64,000 nt of DNA from Scyliorhinus canicula (lineage: Eukaryota). Below the pieces are notes generated by a model. The model had not been told where the DNA came from, did not search any database, and saw only the letters and a list, made by a program, of their open reading frames with translations. The DNA lies in contig NC_052154.1 in the NCBI RefSeq assembly GCF_902713615.1, positions 178,793,873 to 178,857,872 of the forward strand. Reading direction: 5' to 3'. The translations under genes and the position numbers were made by a program. Every line of letters starts with the position of its first letter. The stretch's first letter is position 1. Below are positions 26,139-37,065 of the stretch, one piece after another.

Positions 26139-26811
26139 CAACCAAAAGAGAAAATGCAGGAAAATCACAGCAGGTCTGGCAGCATCTGTAAAGAGGGAAA
26201 GAGCTAACGTTTCGAGTCCAGGTGGCCCTTGTCAAAGTTAAATGGTATAGAAAGTGGGAGATATTTATACCGTAGGGTGTGGGAATGAAAGATGGGTCAT
26301 AGCCACACAAACCAAGCGAACAGAGTGCTAATGACAGTCCCCAGAGTGAATAAAAGGTGTGAAAGGCCAAAGAGCAGACAACTAAAATCAGGGGGTAAGC
26401 TGTGACAGATGTAGATGTGGGGGGAGGGGGATACATGTGGGAGAGAGATAAAATGAGAAAAAGGGGGAAAAAGGGGAGAAAAGGTAAGGAAAGGGGGATA
26501 AGATAGGAGGAAAGAGTGGGTGGAAAGAATATATATAAAGAAAGACAAGAAAAGGTAAAAGACAGGTCAAATGAAAGGGGATGAAAACAAAGCAGTCGAG
26601 GTAGGGTAGAGCTAATCATCTGAAGTTGCCGAATTCGATGTTGAGGCTGGAAGGCTGTAGCGTGCCTAAACAGAAGATGAGACGCTGTTCCTCCAGTTTG
26701 CATTGGGCTTCATGGAACATTGCAGCGGGCCAAGACCAGACATGTGGGGATGGGAGCAGGGTCTTCTGTTAAAATGGCAAGCAACAGGAAGTTAGGGTCC
26801 TGAATTTCAGG
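26139..26811 (-). mobile_element. Penelope-like 3' fragment
   Basis: Homologous to 46150-46660 and to the tail ending at 48434. Probable 11-bp TSD CATCCAG(T/C)CTG. Confidence 0.85.
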
Positions 26812-26861
26812 CATCCAGCCTGTGCTGAATGCAGGAATTTGAGATATATTGTATTATATGT

Positions 26862-26965
26862 ACCAGCTTTGACATAGTGTCATCTGGACTCGAAACGTTA
26901 GCTCTATTCTCTCCTTGCAGGTGCTGCCAGACCTGCTGAGATTTTCCAGCATTTTCTCTTGGGTA
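26862..26965 (+). mobile_element. 104-bp Penelope-derived mini-insertion (hammerhead motif plus 3' tail)
   Basis: 11-bp TSD GTATTATATGT (26851-26861 and 26966-26976). Sequence matches 48304-48400. Confidence 0.85.
26865..26903 (+). ncRNA. Hammerhead-like motif, U3-A8 variant family
   Basis: AGCT-TTGACAT-A-GTGTC-ATCTG-GACTC-GAAA-CGTT-AGCT. Sister copies at 26202-26239(-), 48304-48341(+) and 4503-4541(-) read TTGACAA. Confidence 0.6.
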
Positions 26966-27306
26966 GTATTATATGTGTTTGGTTCAGTAGAGGTGAGTGC
27001 CTGGGTTAGTGTGTGTGACTACTGCAGTCATATTTTTAAAAATTCTGGTGCGCAAGACAGTTCGGCGTTTTGGAGCCAGAGGTGCAATTAAGGAATTGTA
27101 AAAACTTGGGTTCATGGATTTTATATTTAGAGGGTTAATTAGAGACATTGTGATTAGTTTAGTGAGATTATTCAGTTACTGGGAGGAGCCATGGGTTGGG
27201 GCAGTCAGGTGCTGAGGATTTTCAGAGAGTTCTAGGGTTTTTGGTTGGAAGGGGGGCTGAGAAGGGGCACCTTGGGCTTGATTCTCCAAAAATGGGGCTA
27301 TGTCCC

Positions 27307-27708
27307 CGATGTGTTGGGCAGGTTGGGTCGATGTGGACTGCATTTGATGCAGTGTAGCGAGAGACAGACCTCCAACACTTGATAAGATGCAACACGATTT
27401 TATTTAACGTCTAAACTATTATTCATGTTCAACTGTGGGTTGACACTATGCTGACTTGACTGGAGACCTGATACTAGCCTAACCAAGCTTACTAGCTACC
27501 ACATGGTGTGTGCACTGGCTAGTTCACGAACTCTGACTGTCTCAGAGGCTGGGTTCCGAGAGAGCAGGAAAACTAGTGCCCTCTGGCTTTATAGTGGTAG
27601 TGTCCTGTCTGGTGATTGGCTGCTCTGTTCTATGTGCTTACTGGTCATCCTGTGTGTCAATCACTGCCTGTCTGCACTTCATTATACACATAGATGTATA
27701 TTATGACA
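27307..27708 (-). mobile_element. Solo LTR of the same family as the 35482 provirus, inserted in a Harbinger-like MITE
   Basis: The reverse complement begins TGTCATAATATACATC and aligns along the whole of 35482-35884. No clean TSD. Confidence 0.88.
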
Positions 27709-30700
27709 GGCTCCACGCTGACAAAACAATGCTAGTGTTTTAATCCCCAGTTTCCTGCATAAAATAAAGGCAATTCACTTGCTTTCAGGGTAAGTCTGCT
27801 GTTCAGGGGGCTGGCAAAGACCCAGAGTGCTTTATGCAGCTTTAGCTGTGGATGCGGGCCCCCCAGCACTTACGGTTCTGAATCCGCTCATACGCACTGT
27901 GGCGGCCTCCAGCGGCCGCGCCAAGCGTTATGACGGACTCGGACCGTGGACCAACACGGACAATGTAGGCCCCTTGACTGGGTGCCCACCACCGCATAGG
28001 ACCGGCCCGATCGCTGCCTGAGGCCCCTCCCCCCCACCGGGGCTCGATCCCTCCGGCCCCTGACTGATTACGCAACTGCCGCACGATAGAGTCCCAACTG
28101 GCCATACATGATTAGAACCATGCCATCGGGAACTCGGCCTGCTGGGAGCGCCTCTGGTAATGGCAACCCAGCCGCGCGCCAAATGCGATTTTGGCCCAGG
28201 GTGGCGGAGAATTACCTTTTGAAAGGGAGGCTATCACCCTCTGCCGAAATGCACCTAACAGATTCAAACCACCTGTCTGCTATTCTAACCTGTACACTCT
28301 GGATTCCACACTCCTGTTCTTGCAAAATTCCACTTCAGTTCAGGCACTTAATGATTTAAATGCCCAGCAGGTCTCCTCAAATTACATTTGATTCCAGTTC
28401 CATCCTCACGATGGCACATTGTTCATGACACTCTGATATCGGGTGCTGCTGACTAAGGTTTCGCCACTGTAAGCCAATATGAGCATAGGCTGGTGGAGCG
28501 AAGCTGTGGTCAGCAGGAAAAATGAAAAGGCAGAGTGAAATACATCCAATTGCAGTAACAAGGGGCAGGATTCTCACAGACCTGGGCCGGGCCGGAGAAT
28601 TCCCATGGCCAGGCCACGCCGCCCCAATGCCGGCACGCGATTCTCCGGCCCGGATGGGCCGAGCGGTCGTAAGAAAGCTACGAGTCCCGCTGGCGCCGTT
28701 CTAACCTGCTCTGAGCCGGCGGGACCTCAGTGTTGAAGGGACGGGTGGCAGCCTGTGGGGGAGGGGAAGGGGGCATCCGAGCCCGGGGGGGGGGGGGGGG
28801 GGGGGGGGCTGGCCCGCAATCTGGGCCATCGATCGGTGGGCCGGCCTCTCGGACTGGAGGCCTCCTATCCTACGTGCCAGCCCCGGTAGCCCTGCACCAT
28901 GTTGCCTCGGGACTGGCGCATTGAAGGAGGCGACTGCGCGTGCACGGTTCTCGCGGTGCACATTTTGCACCGGGATCGGCAGCTGGAGTGGCGCGAACTG
29001 GCCCCCTGTAGGGGCCAGAATTAGTCCTGACAGCGGCACGTTTACGCCGTCGTAAGACGTGACGGCGTTTACGACGGCATGGACACTCTGCCGTGTAATT
29101 AGAGAATCCAATCCGCTTAGTGACTCGAATTAATCGCAATGAAAAATATTATCATTATTTCCTCTTCATTCCTTCTTTTTAAAGAGTCAGAAAATTATGA
29201 AAGCAATAAAGTGTCAGGGCTGAACCTGTTCACTTGAAAAAGACAATTACATGGGATGGAAGAGACAATAATGAATGTAAAGATTCTTCTCTATTTTCAT
29301 CCTTCTCATAGAAGTTGGAATGAAAGAAACAACAAATGAATGATGATGGATTTATTTAGCACCATAAGTTGTGCGGCTGTCACTAAGTACCTTAGAGGCA
29401 TCAGAAGATTAGAAAAAAATCCCCAGATTAATTCCATTCTCACTCTCAAGGGAATATGTCAAGTAGTTAATCCACTGAACCCAGAGGCAGCTTCAATCCA
29501 CAGGAGACTCCACTGAATCAATAATCCTGCAATAGGACAGTGTTTGCTGATGCTTGAAGAAGTCTGCCCACAGAGATTTAATAGGCTCCCCGGTATTAAT
29601 TTCCCCTATGACAATGCCAATATTATTGCACTGTCACTGCGAGGGAATCTCTGGTGTCCATGAACTATTAAGGCATGAGCAGGCTGAGCAGGCAATCAGA
29701 TTACAGAATTCTCAGACATGCAAACCATGAGTAAATAGTGCTGATTCATTGTTTAGTCACGTTACAGAGAGGTAAATAAAGATGGGCAATACACATGGGA
29801 TTAAGGTAAAAATATATTTCCAACAAAAATAAAAATGAATTTGCGTTATTTTTGAAAATCTATGGAATTATATCATGGAATTCTAAAATTCATTCTTCAG
29901 TCAGAGGTGCTGTCCAGCAGTAATTATGTTTTACTGCACCTTTAACAACCCAGTTACACCTCATTCAAACAAGGCTTAACTTTCTGAATGGCATTTATTA
30001 GCGAGCAAACATTGTGACGTGCACCTCACAAATATGCAGGACTGCTTTAGCTCAATGGGCTAGACAACTAGTTTGTGATGCAGAACAAGGTCAGCAGTGT
30101 GGGTTCAGTTCCCGTACCAGCTGAGAATTCTGAGGCCCTTTGTGCACCTGAAGAGGTGCCAGAATGTGGTGATTGGGGGATTTTCACAGTAACTTCATTG
30201 CACTGTTAATGTAAGCCTACTTGTGAAAATAAAGGTTATTTATTTTCTTTATATCATGGATTCTAAGCCAACTCCATCTGCAAAGATGGCAATAGTGCAG
30301 CCTGTGGAGAGTCAGGATATTGCTGGCAGCACCTTTAAGAATTACGCCTTTACCTGGACCTGGACGGGTATCGGCCTCCCCACATCCTCACCCACTCCAG
30401 CAGCCCAGATGAAGTATTAAGCTCCAGTCAGAATCACTGAGCCTTAAGCGGAGGGAACCCCCATTCAGGTGGGGACTGCTGATCGAGGCACCCTCCCACG
30501 TGCACGAGGTCCGACTATCTTTATTTACACAATTTACCTCCCCACCACCCCCCCTCCCAAGCTGTCATCCACCCCCCAGCCTAGAAATATAAGCTGAGTG
30601 GGAAGCAGCTCTTAAGTGGTGCTTAAGTTACCACTAAAGAGCCTGAATGCGGGCAAGAGTGGGCTTCCCGTCCGACGCCAGCATGCGTTGCCTATTCCTA

Positions 30701-31350
30701 GATGCCAAGGCAATGGTGGTGGGCTTTTCGTTGACAAATCAATGAAGAAGGCACTTGAGTGGAGTCCGGTTGCTGCCGATTCACTGATAGCCATTGCACG
30801 CTATGCTCAATAATAAATTTACACCCAAATTATTCAAAGGTACATCTAAAATGCAGTAAAATGTACAAGCATGTCGTTTACCACAGTTTATTATTTAATA
30901 GCTTCAGGGATTTACTTTACACCAGTTGAATGTGAAGCTGAACAGTTTTTAGTATGTTACATCCTGGGGGCCTCAGTCAACTCTCACATATTTGCCATTT
31001 TTGAGACAAACAGCTCTGTATGATGAGAATGTGTTCGATATATTTTGCCTGTGACAGAAAACAAAAGGTACGTTTTCAAAAATGTTATTAAACTCAGAGA
31101 AAACCCACCAGTCTTTCATAAATATGATTAATATTTAGATTCATGTTGAGGAGCATTTTGATTTTATTACTTGCTGTGATTGAAATGGAAATAGCTTGTC
31201 TGATTTTTAAAAAAATTTAACAGTCACTTGGTGGTACAGGACTTCAGTGTTGCTGAGAAAAGAGATATGTTGTTGAAGCTTTTCATCTCGTACTCATCAG
31301 GGTAGATTCATAAGAATGCCAAATCTCACTGCATGGCAACGAGGGTGCTG

Positions 31351-32859
31351 TGTGATGAATGTGGGAATTTTAGCTCCATTGTATTCTAAGTATTTGTGAA
31401 GTAAGGGTTAATTAAAAACCTGATTTTGAGTGTGTTTGACTGCTGAATTAATGTTTTAAAATAATCTTGGTTTGAAACACAACTTCCTATAGAAGCTAAA
31501 GAAATTTGGCATGTTTGCATTGACTCTCACTAACTTCTACAGATGTGCGATAGAGAGCATCCTATCCGGCTGCATCTCAGCTTGGTATGGCAACTGCTCG
31601 GTCCAAGATCGCAAGAAACTGCAGAATGTGGTGAACTCAACCCAATGCATCACACAAGCTTGCCACCCTCCCAGTGATTCTGTCTACACCTCCCACTGCC
31701 TCAGGAAAGCAGACAGCATTATCAGAGACTCATCCCACCCAGGCATTGCCTTCTTCCAGGCCCTTCCATCTGACAGAAGATACAGAAGTCTGAATACTCG
31801 CACATCCAGACATAGGAACAGCCTCTTCCCCACAGCTACAAGACTCCTCAACGACTCCCCCTCAGACTGATCTGTTCCCTGTAAGAACACTATTCACAAT
31901 GCCCTATGCTGTTTTTGTTCATGTCTTTGCTTTATTTGGCCCCTTGTTCCGCACTGTAACCAATCACTGTTTGTCGATGTACCATTTGTCAATGTTCTCT
32001 GTTGATTATTCTTTTGTCTACTATGTACATACTGTGTACATTCCCTCGGCCGCAGAAAAATACTTTTCACTGTAGTTCGGTACATGTGACAATAAATAAA
32101 ACCAAAATCAAAGCTTTTAGGTGCCAGAGGACAATTAGCCATTGTAAAAAGCTTGGGCGAATACAATTTTGTTTTTATTAAGGTGTACCCTGGGGAGTTA
32201 ATTAGTTTTCACTTTGGTGAGATGATGTCATTGCTAGGTGGGGCGAAGACATCAGACTTTTTGAGAAAGCATTTTCAGTTCAGTTCTCATCTGGCTGAAG
32301 CTGTGTGCACAGTGAAACATTTCTGCTCTCACTGTAAGTTATCTAAACAAGAATAACAGTATTTAAAGCAGTGCCGACTTTTCTGAGGACAAGGGGAGCT
32401 GAAACAAGTCAGGTAAAACAGCTTTGGAAGACACACAGCTAGAGGTTCTGAAAGGATTCAGATATTGAGTGTAAAATATTGACAAAGATGTCTTTCTCAA
32501 ACAAAACTATAAAACAAGCATTCCTCCGTGTCATAAGTATTTAAGATGGATTGAGAGTTGAGATGGTTGTTTTCTTATAGTTTAAGTGGGTAAGAAGATA
32601 GCAATTAAGGGTATTGTATTCACTGCATTGAGTAGTATTGTTTAAGAGGTGATTATAAGCTATTTTCTGGTGTGATGTTAAAGATTTTAATACTGTGTTC
32701 ATCATAAAGTTTGTTATAAAATACCATATCCCTATTTCTTCACAAAATCACTCATGGAGCAAAATATTTTTTCTCACAGTCTTACAAAGTTCAAATAAAA
32801 TATTGCCATTTCTGTCTAGTATCCTAGCCACTGTTGGGGACTGGTCTGGGATCGAAATA
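31351..32859 (+). mobile_element. Solo LTR with a nested Rex1/Babar fragment
   Basis: Starts TGTGATG, 4-bp TSD GCTG (31347-31350 and 32860-32863). It interrupts an older hammerhead-bearing repeat. Confidence 0.65.
31480..32112 (+). mobile_element. Rex1/Babar LINE 3' fragment
   Basis: ORF 31511-31870 TLTNFYRCAIESILSGCISAWYGNC is a typical Rex1 ORF C-terminus. Tail TACATGTGACAATAAA. Confidence 0.85.
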
Positions 32860-33124
32860 GCTGGTTGATTGGCAAGTGGACTCTGATTGGTTGAGGAGTT
32901 GCTATGTGAAAAGCACCAGGAAACAGTTAACTACCAAGCTGTTTAAAATCAAATCAGGTTGGTCAACTGTGATTGGTCAAGGCATTACCATGGAGAATGA
33001 ATCAGGCAATGGTTGCCCCCAAGATTTTGTTTACTTGAAAAAAGATGAACAGCATGAAGATGATCATGGTCCCAGGCGAGAACATATGTAGCTTCTAGCA
33101 TGTGTCAGTGATATTTTAAATTTA

Positions 33125-34036
33125 TACGTTCACAAGATGTGAATGTCACTGACTAAGCCAGAATTTATTGCCCATTCTGAATAGTCCTTGTCAAGGTGGT
33201 GGTGAGTGGTCTTCTTGAATTGCTGTAGATTGTAGGTACACCCACAGTGCTATTAGTCTGACCCAACGACAGTGAGGCAACAGTGACAAAGTTCCAATCA
33301 GGCTAGTGTGTGGCTTGGAGGGGAACTTGCAAGTGATGGTGTCCCCGTATACAATGTCCTTCTAGGGGATAAAGGTTGCAGGTTTGCAGGGTGTTGTCAA
33401 AGGAGCCTTGGTGAGTTACTCGAGTGCATCTTGTAGGTGATGCACACTGCTGGCACAGTATACATCAAGGAGGAAGGGAATGAATGTTGAAGGGAAGGAA
33501 TGAATGAATGAAGTTGGATGGGGAGTCAATCAAACAAGCTGCTTTGTTCTGGAAGGTGTCGAGCTTCTGGAGTTTTGTTGGAGCTGCACTCACCCAGACA
33601 AGTGGAGAGTATTTCATCAAACACCTGCCTTGTGCCTTGTAGACAGTTAACACACTTTGGGAGTCAGGAGGTGAGTTATTTACCACATAATTCTTAGCCT
33701 CTGATCTGTCCTTACAGCCACAGAGTTTATATGGCTGGTCCAATTCAACTTCTCTTCAATGGTAAGCCCCTCGGGTGTTGATAGTGGGAGGTTCAGCAAT
33801 GATATTGTCACTGAATGTCAAAGGGATAGGGTTGTATTCTCTCTTGTTGGAGATAGTGGTTTTGTAGCAATTGTGCAGGTGAATTATACTTGCCACTTGT
33901 CAGCCCAAGCCTGAATGTTTTCAAGGTTTTGCTGCATATGGAAGTGGACTGGTTCAGTATCCGAGGAGTTATGAATGGTGCGGAACATTGTGCAATAATC
34001 AGCGAGAATCCCCACTTCTGGCCTTATGATGGAGGT
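33125..34036 (-). mobile_element. Degraded copy of the same LINE family (other pieces ~21290-22070 and ~60995-61107)
   Basis: Reverse complement matches 14020-15730. Peptide MKYSPLVWVSAAPTKLQKLDTFQNKAACLI. Confidence 0.75.
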
Positions 34037-34446
34037 AAAGGATTTGTTTTTATTAATGTTGATTTATTAGAATTTTGAATTATTTTTAAAAAGTCACATG
34101 AAACAAAAGCAGGAAGCGCAGAAATATAGCTCTAGGTATCAATGTACTGCAGGCACAGCGCAAAACAATAGTCATTACATAATTGGAAACAAATAAGACC
34201 GAGTGAATCAGGGATAAAATCCCCAACTAGTTCCTTCCACAATAAATAACCTGTCTGCACTCAATTAGGATGCAGGCAACATTTTAGACCGACATCACAC
34301 CCATAGCTGCACTAAAGAACCCCAGTGATAAGGGGAAATCAACTGACTCTTACAGTGCAATTTAAACTCTTCTCCATATCCAGATTGGATCAGACAGCCT
34401 TGCTACACATTTGAAATGGCAAAATAACAATGATAAAGACAAAGAA

Positions 34447-34647
34447 CAGTAAGAAGTCTTACAACACCAGGTTAAAGTCCAACAGGTTTGTTTCAAACAC
34501 GAGCTTTCGGAGCACGGCTCCTTCTTCACCTGAAGAAGGAGCCGTGCTCCGAAAGCTCGTGTTTGAAACAAACCTGTTGGACTTTAACCTGGTGTTGTAA
34601 GACTTCTTACTGTGCTCACCCCAGTCCAACGCCGGCATCTCCACATC
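34447..34647 (+). mobile_element. Fold-back Penelope-type mini-element
   Basis: Perfect 83-bp inverted arms (34446-34528 and 34531-34613) with a CC loop. 12-bp TSD AAAGACAAAGAA (34435-34446 and 34648-34659). Confidence 0.85.
34527..34561 (+). ncRNA. Minimal type I hammerhead ribozyme motif
   Basis: CAC-CTGAAGA-A-GGAGC-CGT-GCTCC-GAAA-GCTC-GTG: intact core, 5-bp stem II, palindromic AGCT stem III, CAC/GTG stem I. Confidence 0.75.
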
Positions 34648-35481
34648 AAAGACAAAGAAAGTATTGGATACAATCAATCTTCAGTACTCAGCAAGGGGTC
34701 TCCCATAGAAGAAGTAAGAAGAGAGCAAGGACAAGAGCCATGAGCAAAAATCCAAACATCCATAATCCCATCGCCCAGCCCCAGATCAAAGGAAAACACA
34801 GATCAGAGGACCACCAGCATCAGTACCGTCCTCGAGAAGAGAACAGGATAACGTCAGCCCAAGAACCAAATGGAATTTAAACTGGTCCCAATCTTAAAAC
34901 ATACTGGGAAGCGCCCTGGGAATGAGGGCTGACCAGCCCCTCCTGGAACAGTGAGACCCCCCTCCGCAGCCAGGACCACTCACAAACATTACAGGATTCG
35001 ACCACCCAAAAGCCAATGTTGGTCAGTATCGGAGTGCCATGACATCAAAGTTCACCATCCAACACAACCACAGCCAGCACTCACTGACACCAACACATCA
35101 GGAGAACGACCGATTCCCCCTTAAAGGGAACTCCATCAAACCTCAGACTTCCTCAGGATAATACAGTTCACCTGGGCCTGAAGAAGAAAAGGCACAGTCA
35201 AATATAAAATAAATCTAACCATGGGGGACCTTTCCTGAACATAGCGAGGCCAGAACTAACCTTACCACCTCCACCCTCCATCACTTCCCCTCACTCTGGC
35301 TCTGCTCATCCTCTCCCCAGGGATATTTTAGGAGAAACAAACTGTGCACAAATCACAAAATCAATATTCACATAACATGATAAAACCTTATTAAATCAGG
35401 ATAACGTACGGGACAGAACATCACACCCGAAATATGTGCTTCTCTACAACCAGATAAATGATCAGAGGGTAAAATCCAGGA

Positions 35482-35884
35482 TCACATAATATACATCCAT
35501 GTAGGCGATGGTGTGCAGACAGGAAGTGATTGACACACAGGATGACCAGTGAGCACACAGAACATAGCAGCCAATGACCAGACAGGACAAGACCACTATA
35601 AAGCCAGAGGGCACCAGTTTTCCCACTCTCTCAGGATCCAGCCTCTGAGACAGTCAGAGCTCATGAGCAGCAGCCAGTGCAAACATCATGTGGTAGTCAG
35701 TTAGTCTGGTCAGGCTAGCCTCAGGTCTCCAGTCAAGTCAGCATAGTGTCAACCCACAGTTAAGCATGTAATATAGTTAGATGTTAAATAAAATCGTGTT
35801 GCATCTCATCAAGTGTTGGAAGCTTGTCTCTCTCTACACTGCATCAAATGTAGTCCACATGGACCCAGCATGCCCAACACATCA
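35482..35884 (+). repeat. 5' LTR of the Gypsy element (~400 bp)
   Basis: Homologous end to end to the inverted solo LTR at 27307-27708. Contains TATAAA (~35597) and AATAAA (~35787), ends ...ACATCA, and is directly followed by the PBS. Confidence 0.88.
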
Positions 35885-35894
35885 TGGTACCAGG
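35885..35894 (+). promoter_or_regulatory. Primer-binding site, probably tRNA-Leu(UAA)
   Basis: TGGTACCAGG immediately after the LTR. It is complementary to the 3' end (CCTGGTA-CCA) of vertebrate tRNA-Leu(UAA), as recalled. Confidence 0.7.
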
Positions 35895-35938
35895 TCCGGA
35901 TGCTGAGAATTGACGGACTCACCTTGACGTAATCAGCG

Positions 35939-36850
35939 TTGACCAGCAATCAGCCACCTGGTAACAGAGGCAGCATCCGCCCTCCTCCGCAGCTCCGCAT
36001 CCCAGGCAGCCTTGGTGCAAACTGGAAGACTTTCAAACAGAAGTTCCAACTCTATCTTGAAGCCACCGACCTCGAGGCCGCATCGGATTCCAGGAAGATT
36101 GCACTATTCCTTTCTACAGCTGGTGACCACACTATCCACATCTACAACTCCCTTACATTCGCCGAAGGCGAAGACAAGATTAAATTTAAAACAATCCTGC
36201 TGAAGTTCGACAGCCACTGCAACATTGAGGTGAATGAGAGCTTTGAACGGTGCGTTTTCAACCAGAGGCTTCAGGGTAAGGATGAACCTTTTCAGTCCTT
36301 TTTGAACCATCTCCGCATCCTCGCGCAGTCATGTAACTATGACTCGACAACTGATTCCATGATCCGGGATCTGATCCTTTTCGGGGTCCACTCCGATTCC
36401 CTTCGCCAGCAGCTCCTGAAAGTCAAGCAGCTCACCCTCACCATCACCATCGAAACGTGCTTTCTCCATGAGCATGCTAACAACCAGTACTCCCACATCA
36501 GGCCGGCAGAAACGGCAAATCTAAACCCCTATGAGGCAGAACGGGCACAGGCCATCACACAAATGCAGGGCCTGAGTCCTGATGAGAGTGGCCATTTTGC
36601 GCGCTTTTCCCGGGCTCCAGCGCATGCACGCCACGACCGTGCGGTCGGCGAGACCGACGGCCAGCCTGCGCAGGTGCGTACGACATTTGACCACACTGCG
36701 CATGCGCGTTGGCGCACGGAACACGCTGACGTAGGCGTCATGACGTGTCCAAATTGTGGCTCCGCCTATTTAAAGTGGCAATGTCCGGCAAAATCATGAC
36801 GCTGTCTCCAGTGTGGCAAGCTTGGCCACTATGCAGCCCTTTGCAGATCT
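35939..36850 (+). pseudogene. gag: Gypsy gag
   Basis: ORF 35939-36799 (NWKTFKQKFQLYL...MIRDLILFGV). Reading through the TGA at 36797 gives CLQCGKLGHYAALC, a CCHC knuckle. Confidence 0.88.
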
Positions 36851-37065
36851 GCTCCACTGCCCAATATCCAGCGATCCAAGCAACGGTGCAGAAGCGTCTG
36901 TCCGATATAGCAGGCCATGTCAGACTCCGCCCCCGACAGCCCACCAGATCCTGACGCCGAGTGCCTCAAATCCCCATTCCGGGTGGGCATCATTACTAAG
37001 CATGCGCTGCCTTTCTCAAAGATGGTCAAACACCTCCCAATCCTGAGTATTGATCCGGACGACGA

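Noticed and set aside
26047-26703. 218-aa hydrophobic ORF resembling a membrane protein
   Set aside because: It is a translation of the pyrimidine-rich Penelope 3'UTR.
34362-34880. Identical N-terminal peptides encoded on both strands
   Set aside because: A trivial consequence of the perfect palindrome.
34050-35480. Possible L1/Tx1 remnant on the minus strand
   Set aside because: Only faint resemblance to an ORF2 C-terminus, which I cannot support without a search.
35939-36799. gag as a domesticated gene
   Set aside because: It sits in its proviral context, starts at TTG, and ends at a probable CGA>TGA stop before the second zinc knuckle.
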